From assembly GCA_004022145.1 (NCBI GenBank), contig RCNU01000001.1: a stretch of DNA of 64,000 nucleotides. The stretch is one strand, 5' to 3'. The translations under genes were made by a program, and so were the position numbers. This document shows positions 1 to 11,554 of this stretch, in pieces (the first letter of the stretch is position 1; the number at the start of each line of letters is the position of its first letter). The notes under the pieces are model-generated. The model was not told the DNA's origin and made no database searches. It saw nothing but the letters and a program-made list of their open reading frames with translations. Origin of the DNA: Paecilomyces variotii (Eukaryota).

Positions 1-3000
1 GGTGGACAGAACAAGATAATGGAGCAGATCGGGAAGAAATTGCAAGAGCAATATGAAACTCTCAGCTTAAGAACCAGGTATAAGCAATACCTCGATCCTT
101 CGGTGGATGAAACGAAGAAATTTTGCATCTCTCTGCGTCGTAATGCAAAGGACGAGAGGGTGCTCTTTCACTATAACGGTCATGGAGTTCCGTTGCCGAC
201 GCAATCTGGCGAGATTTGGGTATTCAACAAGAATTACACCCAATACATCCCAGTCTCCCTATATGATCTGCAGTCTTGGCTTGCTGGCCCTAGCTTGTTC
301 GTATTTGATGTTTCTCATGCAGGCAATATTCTCTACAACTTTCATGCCTTTGTTGAGAAACATGAAAAGGAAAACATAGAGGCAAAGAAAAGGGATCCTA
401 ATGCAGTTGTCCAGAACTACGGTGACTGCATACTTCTAGCAGCTTGCCAAAAGAATGAGTCTCTCCCCACGAATCCTGACCTTCCAGCGGATCTTTTTAC
501 ATGTTGCCTGACAACTCCCATCGAGATTGCCCTTCGTTACTTTATCCTCCAAAATCCTCTTCAGAGCAACATCTCTGTGGATGAATTCAGAGTCCCTGGT
601 CGTCTTCAGGATCGAAGAAGTCCTCTGGGAGAGCTGAATTGGATCTTCACCGCAATAACCGACACTATTGCATGGAACACATTACCGCGAGCTCTGTTCA
701 AGAAACTCTTTCGTCAAGACCTCATGGTTGCGGCTCTTTTCAGAAACTTTCTGTTGAGTGAACGTATCATGCGGGCTTATCAGTGCCACCCGATGTCTTC
801 CCCTGAATTACCACCGACTCACAACCACCCCTTGTGGCAGAGCTGGGACCTGGCTATCGAGATGGTGCTTGCTCAGCTTCCCGCCCTGATCGATCATGAG
901 GAAGGGCGGAGGCATTATGAGTACCAGCATTCTACGTTCTTCGCTGAACAGCTCACTGCCTTCGAAGTTTATCTCTCATCCGGCCCCACGGAAAAGAATC
1001 CACCGGATCAGCTTCCGATTGTCTTGCAGGTTCTTCTGAGTCAGGCACATCGACTGAGAGCGTTGATCCTCCTCAGCAAATTTCTAGATCTTGGGCCGTG
1101 GGCGGTCCACCTAGCTCTGAGCATCGGTATCTTTCCTTACGTTGTCAAACTACTGCAGTCCGCTGCGCAGGAGTTAAAGCCTGTGATGGTCTTCATCTGG
1201 GCAAGGATCATGGCTGTCGACCATACGGTGCAGAATGATCTTCTCAAGGACAATGGCATCCATTATTTCATCAACATTCTGAACCCCTCTTCCCCCATAC
1301 CTGTTGGAAACGCCAGCGAGCATAGAGCCATGTGCGCATTCATCGTTTCGATATTCTGCAAGAACTATCCACAAGGACAGAACGTCTGCCTTTCGCCAGA
1401 ATTATTCGATGCATGTCTAAAGCACCTCACAGATGTAGAGAACCCTCTGCTGCGGCAATGGTCTTGCCTTTGTTTGAGTATGCTCTGGCTGGACTTCCCG
1501 GAAGCAAAATGGATGGGCATTCGCTGCGCTGCTCCAACTCGGCTCTGCGAACTCAATTTCGATCCTGTTCCAGAGGTTCGAGCTGCCGTGCTTCACGCAC
1601 TGACCAGCTTCCTCGGCATTCCTGACCTAACGGATCAGGTCGAACAGATCGAGGAAACTATCGCAATGGGAGTGCTACCAATGGCCGCGGATGGAAGTGC
1701 TCTGGTGAGAAAGGAGCTCCTGGTCTTCTTTTCTCAATTCGTGAAGCGATACCAGAATAAGTTCCTGGTTGCGGCGTATGAGGAGCTGATAGAGGAAAAG
1801 AAGACGTTGCTTGAGCGGCTACGAGACGAGAAATCGCAGTCTGTCTTTCTGAACGGTGCTGTGATGGATAAATCATCTGCGTCCCCCAAGGCAGCACTGT
1901 CACGAAACACTACGTTCGGGACTATCTGGAAGCAACTGCTCATTCTTTCCGTCGATCCACATCCTGACATTGCTCAAGATGGTAGTATCGTCGTTGACTA
2001 CATGCATCTTGCACTCTTGCAATCTCCTATGGCTGATATGACAGTAAAGCTCAAGGACGAAATCATGGACCTTACTAATCGCCTGCAATCTCAAAAACCA
2101 CAAGCAGCAGAGCTAGTAGAGAGTAAGAACTCACGGCCTGCAACCCCCCCGTCCCAGTCACCTGCGAAACAGGAAGGATACTTCTCTTTGAGTATGCGCA
2201 GGACTGCCAGCGTCGCCGCATCGCTGAAGAACCTCGCCTTTGGTGGTCCGACCCCGGACCAGCGACCTTCTTCCCCTCTGAAGAACTCACCACAGTCGAA
2301 GAGTCGAATGCCGATGACCCCTCGCGGACGCGCTCCTCCGGAATGGACACGACCTCCCGAAGTGAACGACCAAATGGCACCCACAGGAGCGTATCATCAA
2401 GCACCCACGCCAACCTCACGTGGTTTCGAGCCGAGAGATCCATCTTCTCCACCCGCTATACCCTTGAAGAGCAGATTCCTAGATTGGTCCACAGAGGTAA
2501 TCCCAGAACTCCTTGACGATATCAAACGTAAATCCCACAAGATTGTGAAGCAAATTCTTACCCCACCTCAGTATTTCCGGGAACCCCAGATGAAGCCGAA
2601 CGAACCCGACGAACCCGGTAGTGCGGACTACAATGAACGTCTATGGCGACGTAGCCGGAACGAGAAAATCATCGCTGAAACCCAGCCGTTGAAGGACAAA
2701 GCAGGCAGTAGCCGTTGGGATCATTCCGTCTCTCTCTTGACAAATGATGCTCAACCGATGAAGATGTGTTTCCATCAATTCGAAGACCATCTAGCCGTTT
2801 CTGACGATAGGGATACGATCTCGTGAGTATAAAAGACATGTCCTTTATATAGCCTTTCCTGGCTTCTCAAGTCATAGTTATCTTTCGGTACGCTGACCAT
2901 TTCTAGTATCTGGGACTGGCAACGTCACCGACGTCTGAATCGGTTCTCAAATGGAAACCCTCCAGGATCAAAGATTAATGAAATAAGATACATTAATGAG

Positions 3001-3873
3001 GATGACCAGGCACTGTTGATGACCGGCTCTTCAGACGGCATCCTCAAGGTGTTCCGGAATTATGAGTCCAGCAAGGGAGTGGAGGTTGTCACTGCCTTCC
3101 GCGCCTTGCCAGAACTTATTCCCAGTAACCGGAATGCCGGTCTTGTCTTTGACTGGCAACAGGGACAGGGCAAAGCACTTGTGGCAGGTGACGTAAAAGT
3201 AATCCGGGTGTGGAACGCAGCCACGGAAGTCTGTACCAACGTACGATTGCCTCTTTTTCCCCTGTCAGAGGACTGTCTAATGATATGTATAGGATATTCC
3301 CGCACGATCGGGCTCTTGTATCACATCCTTGACTTCAGACCAGGTTGCAGGCAATATTTTCATTGCAGGCTTCGGTGATGGTGCCATCCGCGTCTTTGAT
3401 CAGCGTCTCAAGCCTACAACATCTATGGTCAAAGTATGGCGTGAACATAAGCAGTGGATCACAAATGTACACATGCAGCGTGGTGGCGTACGAGAACTAG
3501 TTTCCGGTAGCCGAAACGGAGAGATCAGGCTGTGGGATCTTCGAATGAACGACCCGATCTCCACCATCTACGCCACCCGCGATACGCTGCGAACTCTGAG
3601 CGTCCACGAACACGCGCCCGTTTTCACTGTGTAAGTCGTCCCTGATATGTGACTTTGCTATCGAGGACTAACGTCAAATTAAGTGGCACGAACCGCCATG
3701 AGGTCAAGACATTCAACGTCGATGGAACTCATTTGTCGACCTTCGAGCCATACTCGAGTTTCCTTCACCATAATCGTTCTTCTCCCATTGCGAGCACCGC
3801 GTTCCATCCTCACCGTACTCTCCTCGCATGCTCGGCCCTTCATGACAATCACATCAACCTGGTCGCCTGCTAG
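1..3873 (+). CDS. KOG1: TORC1 subunit Kog1/Raptor (5' end lies upstream of the window)
   Basis: RNC-domain signature (ERVLFHYNGHGVP, GELNWIFTAITDTIAW), HEAT/ARM region and C-terminal WD40 repeats. Introns 2497-2571 (75 nt, in-frame, restores WSTE-YFREPQM), 2823-2906, 3241-3292 and 3631-3683. Stop TAG at 3871-3873. Confidence 0.97.
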
Positions 3874-5044
3874 GTATGGTGTGGCATACTCTAATCAATT
3901 TCTTCGTCTCCCATTTCAATTACATTCTGCGCCCCTTTATGGATTGATGGCAATATCCTACCTTGTCACTCAAGCTTTAAAAGGGTTACAGCACGAGGCT
4001 TGTCCTCAACATTTCCCCCCGTTCCTCCCGCAACTACGGCTTAACGGTACAATTTCTTTCTATTCATTCTCCATACCTTTCTTCCAGATTCTATCAGCTA
4101 GCACATTCCCCAAACGTTCTGCTGGCATATATTCAATTAGTTGTTTCTTTCTATCATCCCTTTTTTTCTTCTTCCCCTTTCTTCTTTACCCAGCCTACCT
4201 TTTCACATCTGGCTAGGAATGGAAGGAATCATGCAATGATTTCAGACATGCGTCATGAAGCACAAATTGTGAGAGGCCCTTCTTCGTTTTCTTCTTTTTT
4301 TTTTCTCTGCGTCATTTTGTGCTTATGGCTTGCTTGCACACATGAATGAGGCGTTACTTGGTCGTTGTGTTTGAAAGGTGTCTGTTTTTTAGCTCTTCTT
4401 TTGCTGCTTGCCTATATTTCATGGATGTACTTTTTCTTTCGTTGTACCGATGTAATCTACAGTGATTGACCGAGGTAGATATGGAGTATATTATAATCTT
4501 GTTGCCCAAACGAGCTCTACCTTGCAGCCCATAGATCCGGTGTGCTAACATGCAGACTTATGGTCCCCGTAGTAAACTCCGGGGTCTAGGTAGGCCTGAG
4601 AAGCATGGGAGAGAGAGACGGCTCAAAAATAAACATATTATCATTTGCTGTATGACTCACAACATCGTTGTAAAACTTGTAGAAGTACACATAAAATCGG
4701 GGAAAGTTGAAAACCTTTTGCTCTGCGGCCTAGTTGCCTAAGACCGGGCGAATAGGATATTAGAAAACCCGGCTGAGATGAGACAGGAGGAGAAAAAAAA
4801 AAACAAAAAAAACAGAGGAAAATGCACTTTTATCCCGCAGAGGGTCAAGTCCAGCCGCATTATATGTAGTAGCTCGTGAAATCTGCCTGTAACCTGAAGC
4901 CCCAGATGAGCTCTTTTTCTGCAAAAGCATCATGAAACATATTCCAGTTGCTCCCAATGAATGCGTTTAAAAGAACACACACAGAGATAGTTAGCTCAAT
5001 AGAGAGTCCGAGTGCCCACGGCCTTGATGGCTATGATACCAAAA

Positions 5045-7546
5045 TCACTGCAACCTGCGTGACCCCAGCAGCTTTGCCTCAGCGGCTCCCCCGTAAGGTC
5101 GATAAGGACGGTCAAAGGTAGCCCGTCCTGGTGGGAATCTCAACTGGTCCAGAGAAGGGTCTCGGTCGAAATAGCTGCGACGTCCACCGTGGCTAGGTTC
5201 GCAGCAGTGCGGTGGCACATCCCCAAAGTCGGCAAAGTCTCCACGAGATCGGCCAATGTAGGACTGAATATTGGCAATCACATCCCCTAAGAGCACGGTA
5301 GTTTGCACGGCAGCCACATCCCCTCTGTTAACATAAATATCCCCTCTAAGTCTCATGCGTCTTCCCACATCTTCTCGTGCTATCTGCCGGACTCTCTGTC
5401 GGAGTTGCTTCTCTCCACGGTTATCGGTATGGAACCAAGTATTTGATTCGACCAACCGCGAGTTTGCATGAGGAAAGTATTCGGCTGAAGCTGCGAGATC
5501 CATAGGTATCGCAGGTATCGGAAGCCCGGGTGGGGGGAATTTGACAGTATTGCCATTAGTGGCATGGCTTCCAGAAGCATCAGTTCCCATAGAAGTGATT
5601 TTGAGCTTGCTGGAGAAGCACCCAGGAGGCTCGGCTGATCTTTCGTTCACGTTCTCCTTGGGTGCTGCTGGCATCATCAAGGGCGCGCGTTTGTCTCTTT
5701 CCCCTGAACTGGGGTTGATGGGATCGTTCGCCAACACTTCCCTCGACTCCAAAATCGTGTGTTCATGAGCCAAGAATGAATATTCCAGCTTGTCTTGAGG
5801 GAGTTCCGGTGACATTTGTCCCACGTATGAGGTCCCTTTGTTCGCTGATACGGGATCACGAAGGACAGTACGGGCAGTGTTGGATTTGGATGCCTCGACC
5901 ACACCATTCAGATATGCAGCCATTTCCTTCTTCGTGTCATAGGGCTCGAGCTTTTTGGACGACTGAACACTCTCAATGAATGACGACTTAGCTTTCGTGC
6001 TACCGTATCGCTTTGCTGAGTTCGAGGATAGGGCAGACAAAGACTTTGGCGTCTGTGGATAACAAACAAATCCTGTGGATCCTACGTTGGTGTTGCCGAC
6101 AGGCGAGTCGGCATGACCATACACAGTGCTGTAGCGACTATGATCATCGCGAAATGCGTTTTCTGAGACCTGTGAGATATCGAGGGCTTCAAAGCGACGA
6201 CGGTATGTGTCGAGCTGTTCCTGTCGGATGGGCCGAGAAGCCACTTCGCGCCCACTGACCATTCTCAAATGATCAGAACCAGTGGCGCTGTAAGAGTCTG
6301 AGGCGTACAATGGTTGTTCAGACTGCGGCATGAAAGGGTCGTCTTGGAGGCGGTCCTGGTAAGTGACATTTTGCTGAAAACCTCTATAGGCTTGTTTGAT
6401 CTCCCGCTCTGGCGGGCTGGTTCTTTCACTCTGCATAGTCCTGGTGTAAACTGGGCTGACTGGTCCAGAAAAAGGTGCCACAGGAACATAATGATAATTG
6501 CTCTCTGAGGATGAACGGCCAGATGGGGAGTCAGACATCACGTATTGATTCAGAGGATTCTCGTGGAGACGGCCATCTATGTCATGGGTCCACTGTTGTG
6601 TACTGCCCAGATTCACGTTTCCTGAGATCTTAGGTTTATCGTGACGAACTGATGTCATAGAATTGTGCAGTTCAGCTGTTCTTTCAGTATCATTAACACG
6701 AGTTGTGCCATGGAGCGACGCAATACGGGTGCCAGAGACATCAGTGCTTATGGGGAAATTGACTTCTGCGACTGATTCCTCGACGTCCTGAAGAGAGAGT
6801 GGCCTCCACGACTTTGAGCCCTTGTTTCTCGAATGAGTTCTCATGGAGAGAGCTGTCAGAGGTATCGGCTGCGACGATGCAAGCTCGTTGAAGTCATCCA
6901 GCTCTCTGCTCATGTTCCTAGCCCTAGCGGCAGAAGCAGCGTTGAGCTCAGCAGCTCTAGCTTGGGAGCTCAAAGATGGTATGAATACACTCCCCATACC
7001 CAGAGAAACTGGCTGTGAGCCTGATGCAGATGAGGATGGACGTGTGGGAACGCTATCGACGAATCCTGTGGGTGTGCATCCGTCTGAGACAGATGTTGTT
7101 GCACTTGCTAACTGGGTAGTAGACAACGGATGTTGTGGGATATATGAGGCGTATTCTCCTATCCCTGAGAAAACTGGGGCGGGGTGTTGTTTGAAATGAG
7201 GAAGGGTAGCAGTTGTATCTGACTTGGATCGAGTGGTATCGTGGACTGATGAAAAGGAGTCCAACGGTGACAGCAATTTGATTCGCGCAGCTTCTAGGGA
7301 TTGAAATGGAACGGTTGAGGAAGAGACGACGGAACAGTTGCGATGACAACCTGGAGTTTCTACCAGAAGGGTAGAAGAGTCGTCCGATATGTCACTTGCG
7401 CATGAGATCTGATTTCTGCTGAGTCCATAATATGGCGTGTGCTCCAGTTCAGGAGGAATAAATCCTAGAGGAGCTCTTCCTGGGACAATGCTGTCGATCG
7501 TTGCTATCCTCTTCCTTCTGCCTGCTCTGTTTCCTGTGTTAGATGG
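5045..7546 (-). CDS. Hypothetical Ser/Pro-rich, probably disordered protein; 5' exon(s) unresolved
   Basis: Frame is open from 7546 to the stop at 5045 (over 800 codons). No recognisable domain; true start not determined. Confidence 0.7.
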   Translation of the reverse strand, partial: PSNTGNRAGRRKRIATIDSIVPGRAPLGFIPPELEHTPYYGLSRNQISCASDISDDSSTLLVETPGCHRNCSVVSSSTVPFQSLEAARIKLLSPLDSFSSVHDTTRSKSDTTATLPHFKQHPAPVFSGIGEYASYIPQHPLSTTQLASATTSVSDGCTPTGFVDSVPTRPSSSASGSQPVSLGMGSVFIPSLSSQARAAELNAASAARARNMSRELDDFNELASSQPIPLTALSMRTHSRNKGSKSWRPLSLQDVEESVAEVNFPISTDVSGTRIASLHGTTRVNDTERTAELHNSMTSVRHDKPKISGNVNLGSTQQWTHDIDGRLHENPLNQYVMSDSPSGRSSSESNYHYVPVAPFSGPVSPVYTRTMQSERTSPPEREIKQAYRGFQQNVTYQDRLQDDPFMPQSEQPLYASDSYSATGSDHLRMVSGREVASRPIRQEQLDTYRRRFEALDISQVSENAFRDDHSRYSTVYGHADSPVGNTNVGSTGFVCYPQTPKSLSALSSNSAKRYGSTKAKSSFIESVQSSKKLEPYDTKKEMAAYLNGVVEASKSNTARTVLRDPVSANKGTSYVGQMSPELPQDKLEYSFLAHEHTILESREVLANDPINPSSGERDKRAPLMMPAAPKENVNERSAEPPGCFSSKLKITSMGTDASGSHATNGNTVKFPPPGLPIPAIPMDLAASAEYFPHANSRLVESNTWFHTDNRGEKQLRQRVRQIAREDVGRRMRLRGDIYVNRGDVAAVQTTVLLGDVIANIQSYIGRSRGDFADFGDVPPHCCEPSHGGRRSYFDRDPSLDQLRFPPGRATFDRPYRPYGGAAEAKLLGSRRLQ

Positions 7547-8733
7547 TCAGAAATATGGACAGGTGAAAGGAAGGAGACGTGCTCCTCAATGTAACATAAA
7601 CAAATGGAGAGTCTCACGGCGGTGGTGTCTCTTGGGCCGAATAACGTCGGACATTGGGGGCTCCATAAGTCCGAAATATTGTGTTTGTTAGACACTAAGT
7701 CAAGCCTGTATATAGTCTGAGTATGATGGATATTGGGCGAGCTATGACAACGGCGTTCTCGATTCTGTTTAGCCTTCACCCGTTTTGCTAAAACAGGTCA
7801 TGTTCATGAGGTGATAGAGCTTGGTTTCACAAAGAAGGATGGAGGGAGAAAGAATTGCTGAAAGTCTTTACCAGGTTATCCGCGTAGCTGCGTTGGTAAA
7901 CTGGCAAGAGGGCCCGTCATTGTACCTTCCCAATCTGAGCAGTGAAGAAAACGCCCGATGTCCCATTGAAAGATCTCTTATAGCATTCATCTAGAAGGCT
8001 CTGTAGATAAAAGATACAGTTGTCAATAACTTTACAAGTAACTGCAGGATATCCATCGCCTTTGCACTTCCCTGGTTTTGCGAATAGCTGAGAGGCTATC
8101 GCAAGTAGATCGATCAATCTTCGATAAGTAAGAATGGAAATAGTCTGTGAAATACATTGGATATTCATCGACGATAGAACAGGTACATATACTAAACCTG
8201 GCTAGAAGTAAAGGTAGATTTCTGGAGGGACTACGTGAGAAGATCAGTCAAAGTCACAGATATGTTTACCAAAAGTGATTCCTGGTTAGACGGCCTTTAG
8301 AAGCTATTGATACTACACATATTCTGGTTCGATTCATGAGTCTAGGCACTACTATGCATTGAAGCTAGCATTGTTTTCCTATGTTTACGTAGATACTGGT
8401 CTGTATCGGATACCATAAAGAGTATCTAAGGTGTTCCAACTTAACTTTATCCATCTCCTTATCTCCTTACGTATGGAGACTAGCGGGAAAGCTGTTACTC
8501 GGTGCTACTATAACTTGTTGCTGTGCAAGAAAAAGATTTCCTGACCACAAATGTTCATGGCATTGTTGATAATTATGTCTGCAGTATGGTATAACCGAAA
8601 ATACTATCACAATCAAACAGAAATCACAAGGCATAACATCATAATACATGAACGCCACTCTGAATTGGGATTGGCGTCGTTGTAGCATCCATCAACAGCT
8701 GATATTGGATATCGAATCTATCGCGAAGCGACT

Positions 8734-9703
8734 CTAGTAGTTGGTGACATTTCCACCAACGGTACGGCTGTTGTCCAGATCGGAGTCGACGCGGGGGTCA
8801 AGCTTGTTGGCAAAGTCAGAGTCGTGCGGGCCAGCAGTCTTCCGAGTGTTTCCAGAGCCTGGGGTGTTGTAGCTGCTGCTGCCAAGGGCACCACCGCCGC
8901 CGAGTTGCTGGTGACGAGCTCGGTTGTCCCGGTCAGAGTCATATCTCGGGTCCAGCTTGTTGGCAACGTTGGAGCCATGTGGACCGTAGTTGTTAGAGCC
9001 AGAGCCGTAGTTGTCGGACGAGCCATAGGTGTTAGAAGATCCATGGCCGGCGCCAGCACCCGAGGATCCATAGCCACCGGTCGTACCGCGGTTGTCAAGG
9101 TCGCTATCGACACGAGGGTCTGCCTTGTTGGCAAGGTTGGAGTCGTAAGGACCATAGTTGGAAGAACCACTTCCATAGGCGTTGGACGAACCGCCATAAC
9201 CACCAGCAGCGCGGTTGTCACGGTCGCTATCGACACGAGGGTCTGCTTTGTTGGCAAGGTTGGAGTCGTGAGGACCGTAGTTCGAAGAACCGGTTCCGAA
9301 GGTATTGGAAGAACCGCCATATCCACCAGCAGCGCGGTTGTCCCTGTCGCTATCTACGCGAGGGTCGAGCTTGTTCGCAGTGTTGGAGTCATGAGGACCA
9401 TATTTGGAAGATCCGCTTCCATAGGTGTTAGAGCCATAAGTGTCGGAAGAGCCGCCTCCGTAGGTGTTGGAAGATCCATAGGTGCCAGCAGCACGGTTGT
9501 CTGTAAAGCCCTGTTAGCAGACTGCGACTGCATTCAGCTAGCTCATCTGGACATTGTTGTTACTTACCACGGTCACTATCAATGCGAGGGTCAACCTTGT
9601 TGGCGGTGTTAGAGCTGTGAGGGCCGGCGTTGGTTGAGGAAGGGTTGTCGGAGTGCTTGTCACCAGTGACAGCATCCTTGACCTTGTGCAGAAGGTGAGA
9701 CAT
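8734..9703 (-). CDS. Fungal dehydrin-like (DPR-repeat) hydrophilin, about 300 aa
   Basis: Correct frame is absent from the ORF track. ATG 9703 gives MSHLLHKVKDAVTG; intron 9501-9567 (GTAAGT...CTAAC...CAG). Six GPHxSxxANKxDPRxDSDxD repeats with Gly/Ser/Tyr-rich spacers; stop TAG at 8734-8736. Confidence 0.9.
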
Positions 9704-11554
9704 TTTGGAAAGATATGAATTGATAAGATACTAGGATTTATTGTTCCTGGGTCAAATTATGATTTGTTATCAATCTGCTGTTTTGAATTTCTGAAGATAT
9801 GGATTTAGACCTGAGCATCCGGGGGTATATATATCTCTCGAGCCGGAGAGACATCCCTATCCTCTGAAGTTCATGACACCATTTCCTTCCCCTCAAATGA
9901 GCCATGGGAGTCTGGTTCACAAGCATCGGAATCGATGCATTACTGGCTACAATGCGGAGTCATGACGTGCCGGTTACAAAGAAACCTTGGACATAATCCC
10001 AAACAAATATCTTGCCACACCTTGGAACGACGAGCAATGAGATGCCAATGCCTTACAACCTGGGAGAGAGAGAGCTGGTCAATAATAATAATAATGGCGT
10101 AGGAGGCTCCCAAGTCTGGAACTGGAGATGGTGGTGTTGTCATCTGTCGTCATATTTTCATATTATTATTATTATCCTACTTAACCAGCCACCTCAGCCT
10201 CTCACCAGCCACGGTGCCGCCACAGATCCCCATCACAAACATACTATGGAGTAAATTACCAGGTATTTTTATGATAGATACCAAGATAATATGGTTCCAC
10301 AGCAAAAGCGAAAACGAGATCCTTGTGCGATGGTTATCAGATGAGGTAACCTTATTTCTCCGCCATGACACGCATTTGAGCATCAATCTGGATTTGGGAA
10401 CGTGTTGAGATCTCTCTACTCTCTAAGAATAGAACCTCGCAGGCGCCACTAACAGTCGATCCTAGGGTGACTCTAATCTCGATGTATGGACGTGGAAGAT
10501 ATTTGCCATCACCAATGTCTACTGGTATGGCACAGGGCCATGATTTTAGTCGAGAGCCCAATAATAATGACAGACAGGAGCATCACTCGTTCAGTTCATG
10601 CCATCCCCATGAACGATGAGGTTGACTTGGTGTAACGGTAAGACAGGCAGAAGAAAATAGAATAGCATGACGTTTTCGAGCAGCGTGTGTGGTGAGGGTA
10701 TACCTATCATGACTGTTAGTTATGGTATGTGAGGATAAACCAGCTCAATGGCGTGACAGGACGGTGCAGCGTTCGACTGGAGGTTGATGGCGTGTACTCT
10801 TACTTGGATAGTTTAGTCGACGTTATGTAGTGACGGTAGAGTACGGCCTGGCGGTAGATCACCGTGGGGAGGGCCAGTGCGGGAAGCAGAAGACGGAATG
10901 CGGGCCGCTGATCATGACTTCAAGCGTCTTCCCCTGTCTCCAGAGTCCCAGATATCCATATTATTATTATTATCATTATCATCCTCTCCGTGTCGATGCT
11001 TCTCAGCCCCTCGCGTGAGGTGATCGTGGAGAGCGGAACGCACCAGCATCGGGCCCCTGACGGTGACGACGGCCAAGGGATCAGCCTGTAGAGTCGTTAT
11101 CTCACTAAGTACCTAGGTAAGTTAGTTAAGTTAGTTATGGTACCTAAGTTACCTATGTACCTTACCATAGGTAACTAACCAACTATCTACCATAGTTAAT
11201 TGGCTAAATACCCAAGTTAATCATCTTGGGCCTGAGGCCACCGCCACTGCCCCCCCAAAGGTCCCGTGACGGCGCCCGACGACACCCGACCAGGCGTGAT
11301 CCCGCCCTTCTCTCTCACTCGTTTGTCCTCGCTATGCTCGCTTCTATCGATCTGACCTCATCTGGATCCTCGCTGTTCCTGAACGCTTTCTCTTCGTCCA
11401 TAGTGCCAGAGCCCAGGCCTGGGTATCGACAGCCGTCGATCTTGCCTCTCTCCATGAGCGGCCGTCCGGCCTTCTAGACCTCAGTCTGGTCGGTCATAGG
11501 CAACTCTCCCGGTTCCCTATCCAACACTCCTCTACGCGGCCCTCGTTCGTCGAT

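Noticed and set aside
8718-9612. Long ORFs 8824-9612(+) and 8718-9326(-)
   Set aside because: Shadow frames of the repetitive dehydrin gene.
8780-9620. CRISPR-like repeat-spacer array
   Set aside because: Repeats are degenerate at wobble positions and encode DPR motifs; eukaryotic context and no cas genes.
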